From the NCBI GenBank assembly GCA_963514005.1, contig OY740806.1, positions 15,376,001 to 15,440,000 on the forward strand: a stretch of 64,000 nucleotides of DNA. The letters are read 5' to 3'. Below the pieces are notes generated by a model. It was not told the origin of the DNA. It did not search any database and was given only the letters and a program-made list of their open reading frames with translations. Each line of letters starts with the position of its first letter. Position 1 is the first letter of the stretch. The stretch comes from Raja brachyura. Lineage: Eukaryota. Made by a program: the position numbers and the translations under genes. This document shows, in pieces, positions 1-12,594 of the stretch.

Positions 1-125
1 GCTGATCTATCTCTCCCTCCTAACCCCATTTTCCGGCCTTCTCGCCTTAACCTCTGACACCAGTACTAAGAATCGATCTATCTCTGCCTTAAAAATATTC
101 ACTGACTTGGCTCCACAGCCTTCTG
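1..125 (-). mobile_element. CR1-type LINE 3' end fragment
   Basis: gctgatctatctctccctcctaaccccatt is the reverse complement of the CR1-type tail at 580-610. Confidence 0.7.
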
Positions 126-299
126 ATGTCATCCATTGGTCCTAACATAGCACTCTCTGGGATAGATTGTGGAAAGATTTTGCAACAAATCTGGGCATCA
201 TAAGCTACAATTTGCCCTCAGCAGAAGATTCATATTTAACCAAAATCTGTAATCTCAAGGGCCAACATCTCTAAACACTATCATTAGTTATTGGGGAAG

Positions 300-492
300 T
301 TTTGACTGTCTTTACTGGAACTTATCTTGCACTAAGCATTATTCCCTTCGCCCTGTATCTGTACACTGTGGACGGCTCGCTTGTAATCATGTATAGTCTT
401 GATAGCTGACTGGATAGCACGCAACAACAAAAATGTCACTGTACCTCGGTACATGTGACAATAAACAAAACTAAAATTAAACTAAACTGAAC
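300..492 (+). mobile_element. LINE 3' tail (Rex1/Babar-like) ending in (ACTAA)n
   Basis: cactgtacctcggtacatgtgacaataaa followed by an actaa-type tail; related tails at about 13900-13985 (-), 33190-33360 (+) and 61470-61520 (-). Confidence 0.55.
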
Positions 493-544
493 TAGTGCAA
501 AGGCAAGGGAACAACCCTATTTATAGAGGAATTTAGAAGAGTAT

Positions 545-680
545 ACCAGAAGAGGATGTTATGGGGCCAAAGCATGAGAATGGGGTTAGGAGGGAGAGAT
601 AGATCAGCCATGATTGAATGGTGCATAAGCTTGATGGGCCAAATAACCTAATTCTACTCCTATCACTTATGATCTTACGA
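545..680 (+). mobile_element. CR1-type LINE 3' tail
   Basis: gagaatggggttaggagggagagatagatcagccatgattgaatgg...gggcc...ctactcctat, then a cttatga-type tail. Confidence 0.7.
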
Positions 681-1149
681 CGAAGCACCAAGAATACTTG
701 GAAATTAAGCTCCTACCAAGTGAAATCAAGGAGTAGAACAGTATGCCAACTGTATGCATGTTACACAGTGTTGGAGCATGCAATAAACAGAACTACGTAA
801 TCCGACAACCAATGGATCAGATCAAACCTCGGCAACCTTGTCACACTAGATCATGAATTAAATGGACATTTCAACCGCCGATGAAAGTAAGAGGCTCCAT
901 GCAGAAAGCATCCTCAATGTTGCCCAGTACTTCCTTTCTTTTATTTTCTCTCTACATGTGATATCACTAGCAAGGCTGGGATATGATGTCTATCTCTAAT
1001 TGCCACTGAACTGATGAGCCAGTTGAAAGTCAACCACTCCAGTGAAACGTACTAATCATGCTACCTACAGTTACAGACAAATCGTTAATATAAACATGAG
1101 CAAAAATGGACCCAGTACTGAAGATTGTGCTGCACCACATGCTACAGGC

Positions 1150-1580
1150 TACTTGTATTATAAAACAGCTCTCTACCACCACCCTCTGCCTCCCACCTTC
1201 AAGCCAAATTTGTAGACAATTATCTGGGTCATACTGGATGCCATGAGGCATAACCTTCTAGACAAACATGCCATGAGATACTTTGTCAAAAGCCTTGCTA
1301 AAGTATTGATTACCTCTTCAAAAAACTCAATCAAATTGGTGAGATACAATATCCCCACTCACAATGATTATCCCTTATCGTTCCTTGCCTTTCCAAAAGC
1401 ATGTAGACCCTCAGAATCCCCTCCAAACTGATGTAACCGGTCTGTAGTCCACAGGGATTTCCTTGCAGCCTTTCTTAAACAGATGCATGACATTGGGCAT
1501 CATTCAGTCTTCGGACACCTCACCTGTGGCTATCAATGATGGAAATATTCCTGCCAGGGGTTTCACAATTTCATCCCCTG
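1150..1580 (-). mobile_element. CR1-type LINE RT fragment
   Basis: LTNLIEFFEEV and EIVKPLAGIFPSLIATGEVSED are degenerate CR1 ORF2 motifs. Confidence 0.75.
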
Positions 1581-1691
1581 CTTCTGCCGAGGGACCGCGA
1601 GAGGGAGAACAAAGGAGTACCCGGCACAGGGCAACCGCCGAGCAGTAAGGGGGACCACTAGTGGAATGAGTGGGTTTTAAAAAAAAGATTT

Positions 1692-1990
1692 TTAGCGATA
1701 CAGCATGGAAACAGGCCCCACGGCCCACTGTCCATACCGACCAGCGATCGTCGCACATTAACACCACCCCAACACACACTAGGGACAATTTACAAATATA
1801 CCAAGCCAATTAGCCTACAAACCTGTACGTCTTTGGAGTGTGGGAGGAAAGGGAAGATCTTGGAGAAACCCCATGCGGTCACAGGGCGAACATACAAACA
1901 CCGTACAGACAGCGCCCGTAGTCGGGATTGAACCTGGGTCTTTGGCGCTGCAAGCGCTGTGAGGCAGCAACTCTACCGCTGCGCCACCAT
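1692..1990 (-). mobile_element. tRNA-derived SINE (HE1/V-SINE-like)
   Basis: Minus strand: tggtggcgcagcggtagagttgctgcctcacagcgc (A box) ... gacccaggttcaatcccgact (B box) ... central domain and CR1-like tail. Confidence 0.85.
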
Positions 1991-2595
1991 GTTGTCTCAT
2001 GTTAAAAATGGTTTGTGTTAAAATATCGGCGCCCTTTATATGGCAACAATGGATATCACTGTGACATGTGACTAAAGTATCATTCACTCATTCATTCAAA
2101 ATGTCCTAAGATTGATCAGACCCTGAAGATGTATTTAATTTTAAGTTTTTTAAGACCTTCAGTGCCTCTTCTATGTAAAGAGAAGTAGAGATTCATGTGT
2201 ACCTCCAACAACCTGCATCCCCGCTCCTGTAGGCCTCCTCTTTAGACTGTCGGAGTTGTGTGAGGTCTGCAGTAAACCAGGGCTTGTTGTTGTTGAACCA
2301 GATTCTCCAGTGATCTGGCCTGACTGGCTGAGTTACTCCAGCATTTTGGGTCAACTATCAATGTTCTCCAGTGATGCAGACTGACCCGCCGAGAAACTCC
2401 AGCGCTTAGTGTCTTTGAATGGTGGTTGAAGTAGGCTTGGGTCCGAAGAGTTTGTTCCTCTGCCCGTGACTCTGCGGACGGCGAGCTTCCATATGGAGGA
2501 AGTAACTCCAGATGCTGGTGTAAACCGAAGGTAGACACAGAAAAAGCTAGAGTAATTCAGCTGAGTCCGATGAAATAGTCTCGACCCGAAACGAG

Positions 2596-2985
2596 GTCCT
2601 TCTGCAGTTGTACAGAACCTTGTGAGACCACACCTGGAGTATTGTGTGCAGTTTTTTAGTACCCTAATTTGAAGAAGGATATTCTTGCTATTGAGGGAGT
2701 GCAGCGTAGGTTTACAAGGTTGCTGAGAGAATGGAGCAGCTGGGCTTGTATACTCTGGAGTTCAGAAGGATGAGAGGGGATCTTATTGAAACATATAAGA
2801 TTATTAAGGGTTTGGACACACCTAGAGGCAGGAAACATGTTCCCGATGCTGGGGGAGTCCAGAACCAGGAGCCACAGTTTAAGAATAAGGGGTAAGCCAT
2901 TTAGAACGGAGATGAGGAAACACTTTTTCACACAGAGAGTTGTGAGTCTGTGGAATTCTCTGCCTCAGAGGGCAGTGGAGGCAAA
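2596..2985 (+). mobile_element. CR1-type LINE ORF2 3' fragment
   Basis: VRPHLEYCVQF and MFPMLGESRTRSHSLRIRGKPFRTEMRKHFFTQRVVSLWNSLPQRAVEA. Confidence 0.88.
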
Positions 2986-4269
2986 GTGCTGGAGTAAATC
3001 CGCTGATCAGGCAGCTTCTATAAAGAACATGAATAGGTGACATTTGAAGTAGATTGAAGATGGGTCCCGACCTGAAATGTCACCTGTCCATGTTCTCCAG
3101 AGATGCTGTCTGACCCACTGAGTTACTCCAGCACCTTGTGTCCTTTTGTGTAAACAAGCATCTGCATTTCCTTGTTTTGACATTAAGGAAGTCTTACAAA
3201 ATTACACAGAAATCTGACTCCAAGGATTAGAGTGAAAACAGCAGGAGAAATGACCTCTGATTGGGGTCAGTCAGCAGCTGAGCTCCTGGTATGGACATTA
3301 AATCAATGGCAGTGTATTCCATCGTGCTGACTTCCAACTGTAGCTGCTCAGTCAGAATAGTTGCCCATGTTCCATAATTTGACATTCTAGACAGCTCCTT
3401 CAGCTTGTCCGGGCAGGCTATCCACCCAAAACCCTCCGTGGATCATTCAGACCATCTGTGCAACATCAAAGTAAAGGGGAATATTCTTTCAACAGCCAGA
3501 CAGTAGCCACACATTGTAACACAGCACCAGAACATCTACGGACGTGAAATAGGGAAGACATTAGGTTACGTAACTATTCAAATAAATGTTTCAGTTTCAT
3601 ACACGCACACTGTTTATTTTCTGAAGGGTCCCAACCCGAAACGTTGCCCATCCTTTTTCTCTGGAGATGCTGCCTGACCTACTAAGTTACTCCAGCACTT
3701 TATGTCTATATTTGGTAAAAACTCAAATCTGCAGTACACAAACACACTATTTAATGTTGGTGCGCTATACTCAATTCTTAAGACGCAGCAACATTCAAAT
3801 GGACAAGCTGAAATGCCGATCACCCCTTGGTGATGACCCATGCAGGCTGGTGACCCATGCCTTTGCCTACCCCCCACCCCCCCTCCATCCTCCCCAATCT
3901 CTGCACCCCCCACCCTCCCCAAGCCCTTTCAAGTCACTTTAATTTCATGATTCATGTAATTAGTGTTTTTATGGCTGTTGACAGATCAATTTCTCTGCTG
4001 GGATAAATAAAGTTCTATTGCATCGTATTGTATCATGCACCATCACATCTAGTGAATGCTCACAAGGAGGCACCCCTTGAATAACGCATGCAATATGGTC
4101 TCAGCTTAATTAAATCAAGAGTGCATTCTGCGAAGAGACTGATACCTTAGTGACTCTTATTATGTTGGTGCTCAGTTAGTGAGTTTCGAGTCCAAACTGG
4201 TGTGAGGAATGACAGCAGTGGAGGGTGGCTCTTTAACCCCAGGATGGTAAAACATGTTTGGCAATGAAA

Positions 4270-4960
4270 GCACATAGAACATGGAACAGCACAGCACTGG
4301 AACGGGCCCTTCAGCCCATGGTGTCTATACCAACCGTGATGCCATTTTACACTGCACACATGCCTGCACATGTCCGCATCCTTCTATTCCCCCACAGTTC
4401 ACATGCCTGTTGAAATGCTGCTTCAATGTTGCTTCCACCACTTCCCCAGCACCACGTTCCAGATATCGACCACTCTCTCGCACTCAAAGCAAACTTGCCT
4501 CGTAAAGCTTTTTAAAAATGTCTCCCTCTTAAAATTATGCCCTCTAATTGACATTCCCCATCCTGGGAAAATGTCTCTGACCACCTACCCTGTCTATGCC
4601 TCAAACAATCAGTTTGCCTCTCATTCTCTGTTTCTCCAGAGAAAACAATCCAAGTCTTATATCTAATACTCTCTAATTCAGGCAACATTGTGGCAATACT
4701 TGCTGTATCCTCTCCACATCCTTCCTGTAATGAGGCAACCAGAAGAAACATATAATACTTCAAATGTGGCTGACAAAAGTTTTATACAATTGCAACATGA
4801 CTTCCTGACTTTTATACACAACACCCCATCTGATGAAGGTAAATATGTGCTATGGTTTTATTACCCTACCTGCTTGTGTTGCCACTTTTAGGAAGCTATG
4901 GACTTCCACCTCCAAGATCCTTCTATGCATCTATACTCCTGCCGGTCCTATATTTACTGC
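4270..4960 (-). mobile_element. Degenerate CR1-type LINE 3' portion
   Basis: catagaacatggaacagcacagcactggaacgggcccttcagccc tail, then degenerate ORF2 sequence (MLPELESIRYK). Confidence 0.65.
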
Positions 4961-5467
4961 ATACTTTCATTTTACATTTAGTTTCTTTATTGAGATTAGA
5001 TTTTCTTTACATGTTGCAGCACATTCAACCTAGGATCCATGCCAGCTTTCAACACACTAAAATTTATAGCATAATCGTGACTCACCCTCTCTTACTTCCC
5101 TGAGGTCCTGCACGATACAGTATTCTCTCTCACAAGCCTATCAACTCCACTTTGATTCTTTTGCCATCTTCCCACACCTGGAGCAATTTACAGTTACCAT
5201 TTAATATACCACCAAATCTTGAAGAGCTAATGAAAGATAAATGTAAGAAGTCAAGTTTATTCGTCACATATGCATATAAGATATGCAGCGAAATGAAAAG
5301 TGGCCATGCTTGCGGATTGTGCAAAAAAACTACAAAACAGAATGAAACAGAATCAGTAAATACATATTTGTGGGAGAGAAACCCCCCCCCCAAAACTGCA
5401 ATTTTAAAAAGACACCACACAACAGTAAATTGGTACAGTAAGTTAGTCCCTGGTGAGATAGGAGTTT

Positions 5468-7210
5468 AATAATACTAATAATATATTTTATTGTCATTGC
5501 ACATAAGTGCAACGTGATTTGGTTTGCAACTTCCATCCGATGTCATAACTTAAACGACTAATAAATTTAGGTTTAGATACCCCGAGAATATGGTTTGAAA
5601 AAGAACACTAGAACAGTAAAACAGTCAAAACAGACTAAAGTGCAGATGTGTCTGTGCGACGTGACTATCCGATGGAGACAGTCCATGGGGGTGGGGGGCA
5701 CTCAGCAGGGCCGGTTCAGAGCCGCTATAGCTCTGGGAATGAAGATGTTCCTGACTGGAGGTGCGGGCCTAGAAGGCCTTGTAACGTCTGCCGGGAGTAC
5801 TTCGAACAGTCCATTACAAGGGTGAGAGGAGTCTTTATGGATGCTGACGGCTATCCTGAGGCACCGTGTGTGGTAGACGCCCTCCAAGGCTGGTAGCGGT
5901 GTCCCAATAATCTTTTGCGCTCTGTGGACGGTGCACTGAAGAGCTCTCCTCTCTGCCTCTGTGCAGCTGAGATACCACACAGAGATGCCATACGTTAGTA
6001 TGCTCTCTGTCGTGCAGCGGTAGAAGGTTGTCAGCAGCTGTTGGGGCAGACCAGTCCGTTTCAATGTTCTTAAGAAGAACAGTCATTGCTGTGCCTTTTT
6101 GACCAGCGCAGCGGTGTTGGTGGACCATGTGAGGTCCTCTGAGATGTGAGTGCCCAGAAACTTAAAGCTGGACACTCTCTCCACACTGTACCCGTAGATG
6201 GAGATTGGGGCGTATTCCCCATTCTGTGACCTCCTGAAGTCGATAATCAGCTCCTTGGTCTTGGAGGTGTTTCTGCTCTGTATTTTGTTTCATCACCGTT
6301 GGTGATCAGCCCGATCACCGTTGTGTCGTCTGCAAACTTGACAATGGTGTTGGTGTCGAATGCAGGGACACAGTCGTGAGTGAATAGGGAGTAGAGCATG
6401 GGGCTCAGTACACAGCCCTGTGGTGTGCCGGTGCTCAGGGTGATAGTGGAGGACAGGTTCGGCCCCAGTCTCACTGCCTGCGGTCGCTCCGTCAGAAAAA
6501 TCAGGATCCAGTCACATATCGGCGAGCTGAGGCCTAGCTGGTGGAGTTTGGTGGTGAGCTTGGTGGGGATGACCATATTGAAGGCAGAGCTACAGTCAAT
6601 GAAGAGCATCCTCACAGAGGTGCCCTGTCTTTCCAGGTGGGTCAGGACAGTGTGAAGAGCAACAGAGATGGCATCCTCTGTGGATCTATTTGCCCTGTAT
6701 GCAAATTGATGAGAGTCCAATGATGCAGGGATGCTGGATTTGATGTGGGAGAGGACCAGCCTTTCAAAGCACTTCATTGATATTGGAGTTAGGGCAACCG
6801 GGCGGTAATCATTCAGGTTGGTGACTTTAGACTTTTTCGGCACCATGGTAGCTGTCTTCAGGCACTTGGGGACCATTGCCAGAGATAGAGACAGGTTAAA
6901 GATCCTCGTAAATACCTCCGCCAGCTGTACAGCACAGTCCTTTAGTACCCTACCCTGGACTCCATGCGGACCTGCAGCCTTGTGTGGATTGATCCTACGC
7001 AGAGCGCACTGTACCTCCTGGGTACTCAGTGTTAAGGCCTGTCCCTCCGCCATGCCAGGGTTATTCCTCTCCTGGTGGTGCTGCCAGTTTCAAAGCGGGC
7101 AAAGAAGGTGTTTAACTCATTGGCCAGTGTGATATCACTGTGGGGGCAGGCGGGGCTGCTCTTATAGTCAGTGATGTCCCTGACACCCTGCCACATGCTT
7201 CTGGTGTCCA
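5468..7210 (-). mobile_element. Rex1/Babar-type LINE, 5'-truncated, with reverse transcriptase remnant
   Basis: ORF 6247-7053 has [51 protein letters not shown]. Downstream frames give LLTTFYRCTTESILTYGISVWY (Rex1-type C-terminus). Short TAA/TTA-type tail at about 5468. Confidence 0.88.
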
Positions 7211-7249
7211 TGCTTTACAGTCCTAATGGCCTCTGGGAAGAAACTCCTT

Positions 7250-7495
7250 GGCTCGTACGGTAACGGTAGGTACTCAGGAAATCCAGTAAACCCGTGACAT
7301 TTTTTCAACACTGTGAAAAATGTCCATGAGTAAAAAAATACTTGTGATGAAAATAATTGTTATTTTGTACACGTACGAGCCGATACAAGACATCCACGAG
7401 CTCCTACGGACCCGCTACGGACATTCTCCGAGTTTGAATCAGGGGAAAACTCGGGAGAACTCTCGAATTACCTCGTACAGTGGGGCAGGCCCTTA
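7250..7495. mobile_element. One end of a probable PIF/Harbinger-like non-autonomous DNA transposon
   Basis: CpG-rich segment with repeated cgtacg/ctacggac motifs ending ...AGTGGGGCAGGCCC then TTA (Harbinger-type target trinucleotide); the other terminus was not found. Confidence 0.4.
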
Positions 7496-7954
7496 AGTCC
7501 CCACATTTTGGGGTCTCCATTGACCAGAAGTTCAACTAAATCAGCCTTATAAATATCATTGCTGGGTATCCCAGGGCAGGTGCCGGGTATCCTGACAATG
7601 CCTGCCACTTTTAACCATTTACTGGGCAAATCAGAATCACGATGGACTACTCTCACTTGCTGATTCAGTGCAGATCCAGTTACTCCAGATCCAAGGAGTC
7701 TGACATCATCTACGATGAAGAAGGGTCCCAACTGGAACGTCACCCATCCTTTTTTCCCGCATAGATGCTGCCTGCCATGCTGAGTTACTCCAGCACTTTG
7801 TGACTACCTTCTAGGTTAAAGCAGCCTACTTGACTGACACTCTATCCAGCACCGGAAACATTAATTACCTCCACCACCAGTGCAGTGGCTGCAGAGTGAA
7901 CCATTTACAAATGAACGCAGTTACTCACCCAGGCCACTCACTTAAACCTTCTAA

Positions 7955-8226
7955 GTCTGAAGAAGGGTCTTGACCCACAACGTTACCCATTCCTTCTCTC
8001 CAGAGATGCTGCCTGTCCCGCTGAATTACTCCAGCATTTTGCGTCTGGGGTGGGAGATGGCAACCTTCACATGGTTCACCCGGTCTCAACTAATACAATT
8101 ATCCCAACGTGCACAAGCAAGATCAAATAGAACAAGTTGACCTACAACTTTAGGCTGTGCACGCCATATGCAAGAAGAAGATATTATGTCTACCTTTGAT
8201 TTAAACCAGCATCTGCAATTCTTTCC
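7955..8226 (+). mobile_element. Short Penelope-derived insert with a nested unrelated sequence
   Basis: Degenerate hammerhead core at 7957; imperfect ~20-bp TSD cactcacttaaaccttctaa / cactcacttagaccctcctaa. Confidence 0.7.
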
Positions 8227-9334
8227 CACTCACTTAGACCCTCCTAAACCAGCCGTCTCTACCATCAAGAAGGATAAGGGCAACAGGTGCTTAGGAACAC
8301 CAACGCAGAAGAGAGCCTTCTGCCCACTATGTGCATGATGAACATTGAACAAGTTTAACTAATTTGCTCTGCCTACACATAATCCATATAAGTAGTGGGC
8401 AATAACGTGATGCCCGGATCCTGAAAAAAAATTCTTATCTTTCTTCTCTGCCCTTTGTATTCATTGGTCATTCAATTAGAATATGTAATTAGAACATATA
8501 GACATATATATTAGGGTACCTTGTGTTAGTTTGCTATGATTAAAGAATGCAATCCAGCTATGTCAATTAAAACCAGTGAACTACAATGAGAAGATGTTCA
8601 AACTAATATTTTTGAATATATGCCATGTTTAATGTTTTTGACTTATTCATGTAACCCCTCTGGCAATGTAAATCAACATAACTACAGTCATTACTTGCTG
8701 TACCTGCATGTTTTCTGTGTAGTGAACCAGCACATCATTTTTTGCAATAACCTATGGTATTCCTAACATTTAAAAATGATATAAATTAAATCATATCAAA
8801 TATGCAATATGAAAATGTCTCTTGTCCTCCTACCATTGAATAATCCCAAATTCTCCCATGTTGTAATCCATCTGCCAGCTTGTTGTTCTTTCTTTCAACC
8901 TGGCACTGCAGAAATTACAGAGAGCGAGGCTGAAATAATAGCAGAAACTATTGTAAGTACTTGGAAGATCAAGCAACAGCTCGGGACACAAGGAACTACA
9001 GGTTGGAATCTTGAGCAAAACACAAAATGATGGAGAAACTCAGCAGGTCAGGCAGCAACTGTGGAGGGAATTGGACATGTGATGTTTCAGGTCAGGACCC
9101 TTCTTCAGAGAGGCGACAAGCAACAACTGAGGAAAGAGAAGCCTGGTTAAGCATCTGTGATAGCTGAGAGCCCAGTACTGATCCATATGAGACCCAATGC
9201 AAGAATTGGATTCATGAGTTGTAATTTAGAGTCTTTCTACACAGGTGAATGTAACCGAATTGAGTGTCCTTCTTTATTCATCATTGTCCTGTAATGTATT
9301 TTATGCCACGTGCAGTGGAAGGCATCGTGGTCAT

Positions 9335-10400
9335 AAAGTCATGAGTTATACAACATAGAAAGAGGCCATTTGTCCCAACATTTTGTCCTATCTATTCTAT
9401 TCCCATTGCCTGCATTAATTCCATATGCATTTCTCCATGAGCATTGCTCATTCAAGTAGGTATTCAGATGCCTCTTAAAGGTTGTTACAGTTCCTCCACC
9501 ATCATCTCCTCGGGCAGTTCATTCCAGAATCCTATCCCGCTTTTGTGAAAAAGAATTACACATCAAACATTCATTGAACTTTCTCCTTCTGACCTTAAAT
9601 GTATGCCCTTTAGTTTTGGACACCTGTCACTGTAAACAGACACAACCCATTTACCTGTCTATGCCACTCACATATACCTCTAACCTATCACTTCTCAGCC
9701 AGTTTTGCTCCAGGGAAAATACATCCAGCCTATCCATTCTCTCCTTATAACTTAGGTAAATCAATCGAGGCAACATCCTTATTTTGTGTGAACCTCCTCT
9801 AGAATATTCACACCGTTCCTTCAGAGTGGTGACCAAAACTAGATGCACAACTCCAAATGTGGGCTAACCAATATTCTGCACCATTATAAACACGACATCC
9901 CAACTTTTCTTCGTAATGCTTTGGACAATGAAGACAAGCACACTATACACCTTTAAAAAAAGACACAAAATGTTGGTGTAACTCAGCGGGTCAGGCATCA
10001 TCTTTGGAGGTGACATTTCAGGGCTGAATCCATTACACACATTCTTTACCTTTCTGCCCACGTGTTGCCACTTTCAAAGAACTATGCAGTGTACCCAAGT
10101 TATCTCAGTTCAACGACATGCCCCTGGACCCTGCAATTTATTATGTATGTCCAGCCCTACTCTAAGTTGTCAAAGTGCACTTCATAGTTGCCCAAGTTAA
10201 TATTCCATCAGCCATTCCCTTGTTCAATTTCCCAGTTGACCTAGCTCTTGTAGTAACCTGAGACACCAATCTTCAGTCCATTCTACTGCCAATGTTGTGG
10301 TCATCTGCAAACACACTAATCATGCCACCTACATTCTTATCTGAATCATTAATACATGACAAAGAACAGACCAACCCTCGGGTATACCGCTTGTCAGGCC
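9335..10400 (-). mobile_element. Degenerate CR1-type LINE 3' portion
   Basis: RMLPRLIYLSYKERMDRLDVFSLEQ in ORF 9651-9848; gtcatctgcaaa near 10300 is the reverse complement of FADD codons. Confidence 0.75.
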
Positions 10401-11299
10401 ACTAATCTGAAACGCAGTTTCACTTTGAAAATAACAAGTAAAATTCTAGGTGAAAAAAATCATATCATAATTTTTATTTCCGTAGTGGTTAGTACATTTC
10501 TAGCAACATTTTGGAGCTGGTATTATGGGAATTAAGAACTAATCATAGTTCCATGTTGAATGGAGCAAGATCCATGCTGTTGAACATCTTTATAGATTTC
10601 CACTGAATTGCAGGAATTGATGCAGGGCTAAACAAAGGAATAAAGTAGAGACACAATTCTAAAGACACTATGTCTAAAATCTAAAGTCTATGCTCAGTGC
10701 GTCCAACACCTGCAATGCTAGCAAAGGGATGGTCAACAATTTGGATCAAGACCATGAATCAGGACTGAGTGAGTAGAGAGAGTAAAAATGAGAGGAAGGA
10801 GTGAAGCAAGGACTGGTAGGTGATAGATGGAACCAGATAAGGTGGGAAGATGGAGGGTACACAAAATGCTGGAGAAACTCAGCAGGTGCAGCAGCATCTA
10901 TGGAGGATGTGTGGGAAGGTGGGAAGATGATAGGCTGATGGAGTCAGCTGGGGTGAGTGGTAGTGAAGGTAGTGACAGAATGAAAAGCAAACTGCTATGG
11001 AGCCAAAGTGTGTGGCTGATGTTTGAGTTGAGATCCTGCGTCAGTCCTGTTCACACAACGCATGAACATTTGCTGTTTGACCCATTGAGTTCCAGAGGTT
11101 TTTTTTTTTGCTCCACATTATATCATCTGCAGTTTCTTGTATCTCCAAGGTAAAGATGCAGAGTGTAATCAGGTAAGGGAGAGGTGATGGGCAGATGGAA
11201 TCAAGTAGGTGTGGTTGACAGATCTTGATAATGGTAGGGGTGATTGGTAAAAGTCAACAAAGTGAGAGACAATCTGGGTGGATCAGGAGGAATGGAAGA

Positions 11300-11620
11300 G
11301 GATCAAAGAAGGGTATGGGTTCCCTGACAGTGAAAATGTTAACGTCCATACCATAGGATTACAACCCTACTGGAATATGAGTTGTCATCTACTTTGCACA
11401 TGGCCTCATCCTGGCAGTGAAGGCAGAGGATGGACAGGTGACTGTGAGAATGGGAAGGAAAGCTGAAATGTCATGCAACTGGAAGCTCAAGGTGGCTGTT
11501 ATGGTGCTCTCCAAAACCGTCGTCTAGACTACGCTTAGTCTCACTGATGTACAGGTATACATTGTGAACACGGAATGCAACAGCCAAGGTCGGAGGAGGT
11601 GCCCGTGAATCTCTACCCCA
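11300..11620 (-). mobile_element. Old, degenerate Penelope-like GIY-YIG fragment
   Basis: Minus-strand translation YLYISETKRSLDDGFGEH...LPVA resembles YIGETKRRLGDRFAEH...LPVA of the younger copies. Confidence 0.65.
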
Positions 11621-12028
11621 CTGAGCAGGACTGTTTAGGTAACTTGATGGTCGTGAGAGAGGAGGTGTACATCCCACGGGTTCCTGAGGAAGTAAGAGCA
11701 GGAGGAATTAATAGACCAGGGAGAGCAACACCAAAAGTGGAGAGGAGGGGCAAAGACTGGAGAAAAGATAACTGGAGGTGGGATACCAAACACACCTCTA
11801 ATAGATATATTTAAGTCAAACAAAAGGTTAATAAATTACATGGACTGTGAAGTTCAACACTTTTTGGGGACAAGTTCTTCTTTAAAGGATTATTAGCCAT
11901 AAGCTCCTCTTTGTCCCATGATCCTCAAGTTGACATGACTAACGCTATAGTTGTTTGGGGAAAGAGGTCCCCTCCATTTATGTATGGCCAAAATAGTATA
12001 TCCAATGGAACAAATATAAACTCAACAC

Positions 12029-12409
12029 GAAGATAGACATAAAAAGCAGGAGTAACTCAGCGGGATAGGCAGCATCTCTGGGGAGAAGGAATGGGTGACG
12101 TTTCGGGTCAAGACACTTCTTCAGACAGATTATGGATAAGGGAAACGAGAGATATAGATGGTGATGTGGAGAGATAAAGAACAATGAATGAAAGATATGT
12201 GAAAAAGTAACAATGATAAAGGAAACAGACCATTGTCTGAAGAAGGGTCTCGACCCAAAACATTGCCTTTTTCCTTTGCTCTATAGATGCTGCCTCACCC
12301 GCTGAGTTTTTCCAGCATTTTTGTCTACCAGGCCATTGTAAATTGTTTGTAGGGTGAAGGTGAGGAGCTAGTGTGAATTGGGAGAGGGGGGAGGGATAGA
12401 GAGAGAAGG
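12029..12409. mobile_element. Self-inverted Penelope-derived insert
   Basis: Minus core at 12097-12124 and plus core at 12237; TSD aactcaacac (12019-12028 / 12410-12419). Confidence 0.78.
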
Positions 12410-12565
12410 AACTCAACACAGTCTCTTTAGAATGACTGATAATACAACTGCTTCTAATACTATAACACTGCTGTAATGTTATTCCCAGACGGTTCAGTGA
12501 GCAAGGAATGTAGTTGTGTTGGCTCCATCAGTATAGGGGTAACAGCCCCATGTTGAGTCTGCTGT

Positions 12566-12575
12566 CCCACAATGC
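12566..12575 (+). promoter_or_regulatory. ZNF143/Staf-like motif CCCACAATGC (copy 1)
   Basis: Matches the ZNF143 SBS core CCCAYAATGC; just upstream of the first YY1-type motif. Confidence 0.5.
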
Positions 12576-12594
12576 AGCGGGTGGAAGTCACCGG

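Noticed and set aside
1900-1990. tRNA gene (A/B boxes), likewise at 17250, 25700, 49000 and 56830
   Set aside because: tRNA-derived SINE heads continuing into SINE body and tail; no complete cloverleaf.
6247-7053. 268-aa RT ORF as an active or domesticated gene
   Set aside because: 5'-truncated, lacks an endonuclease, and is frameshifted/deleted after the FADD motif.
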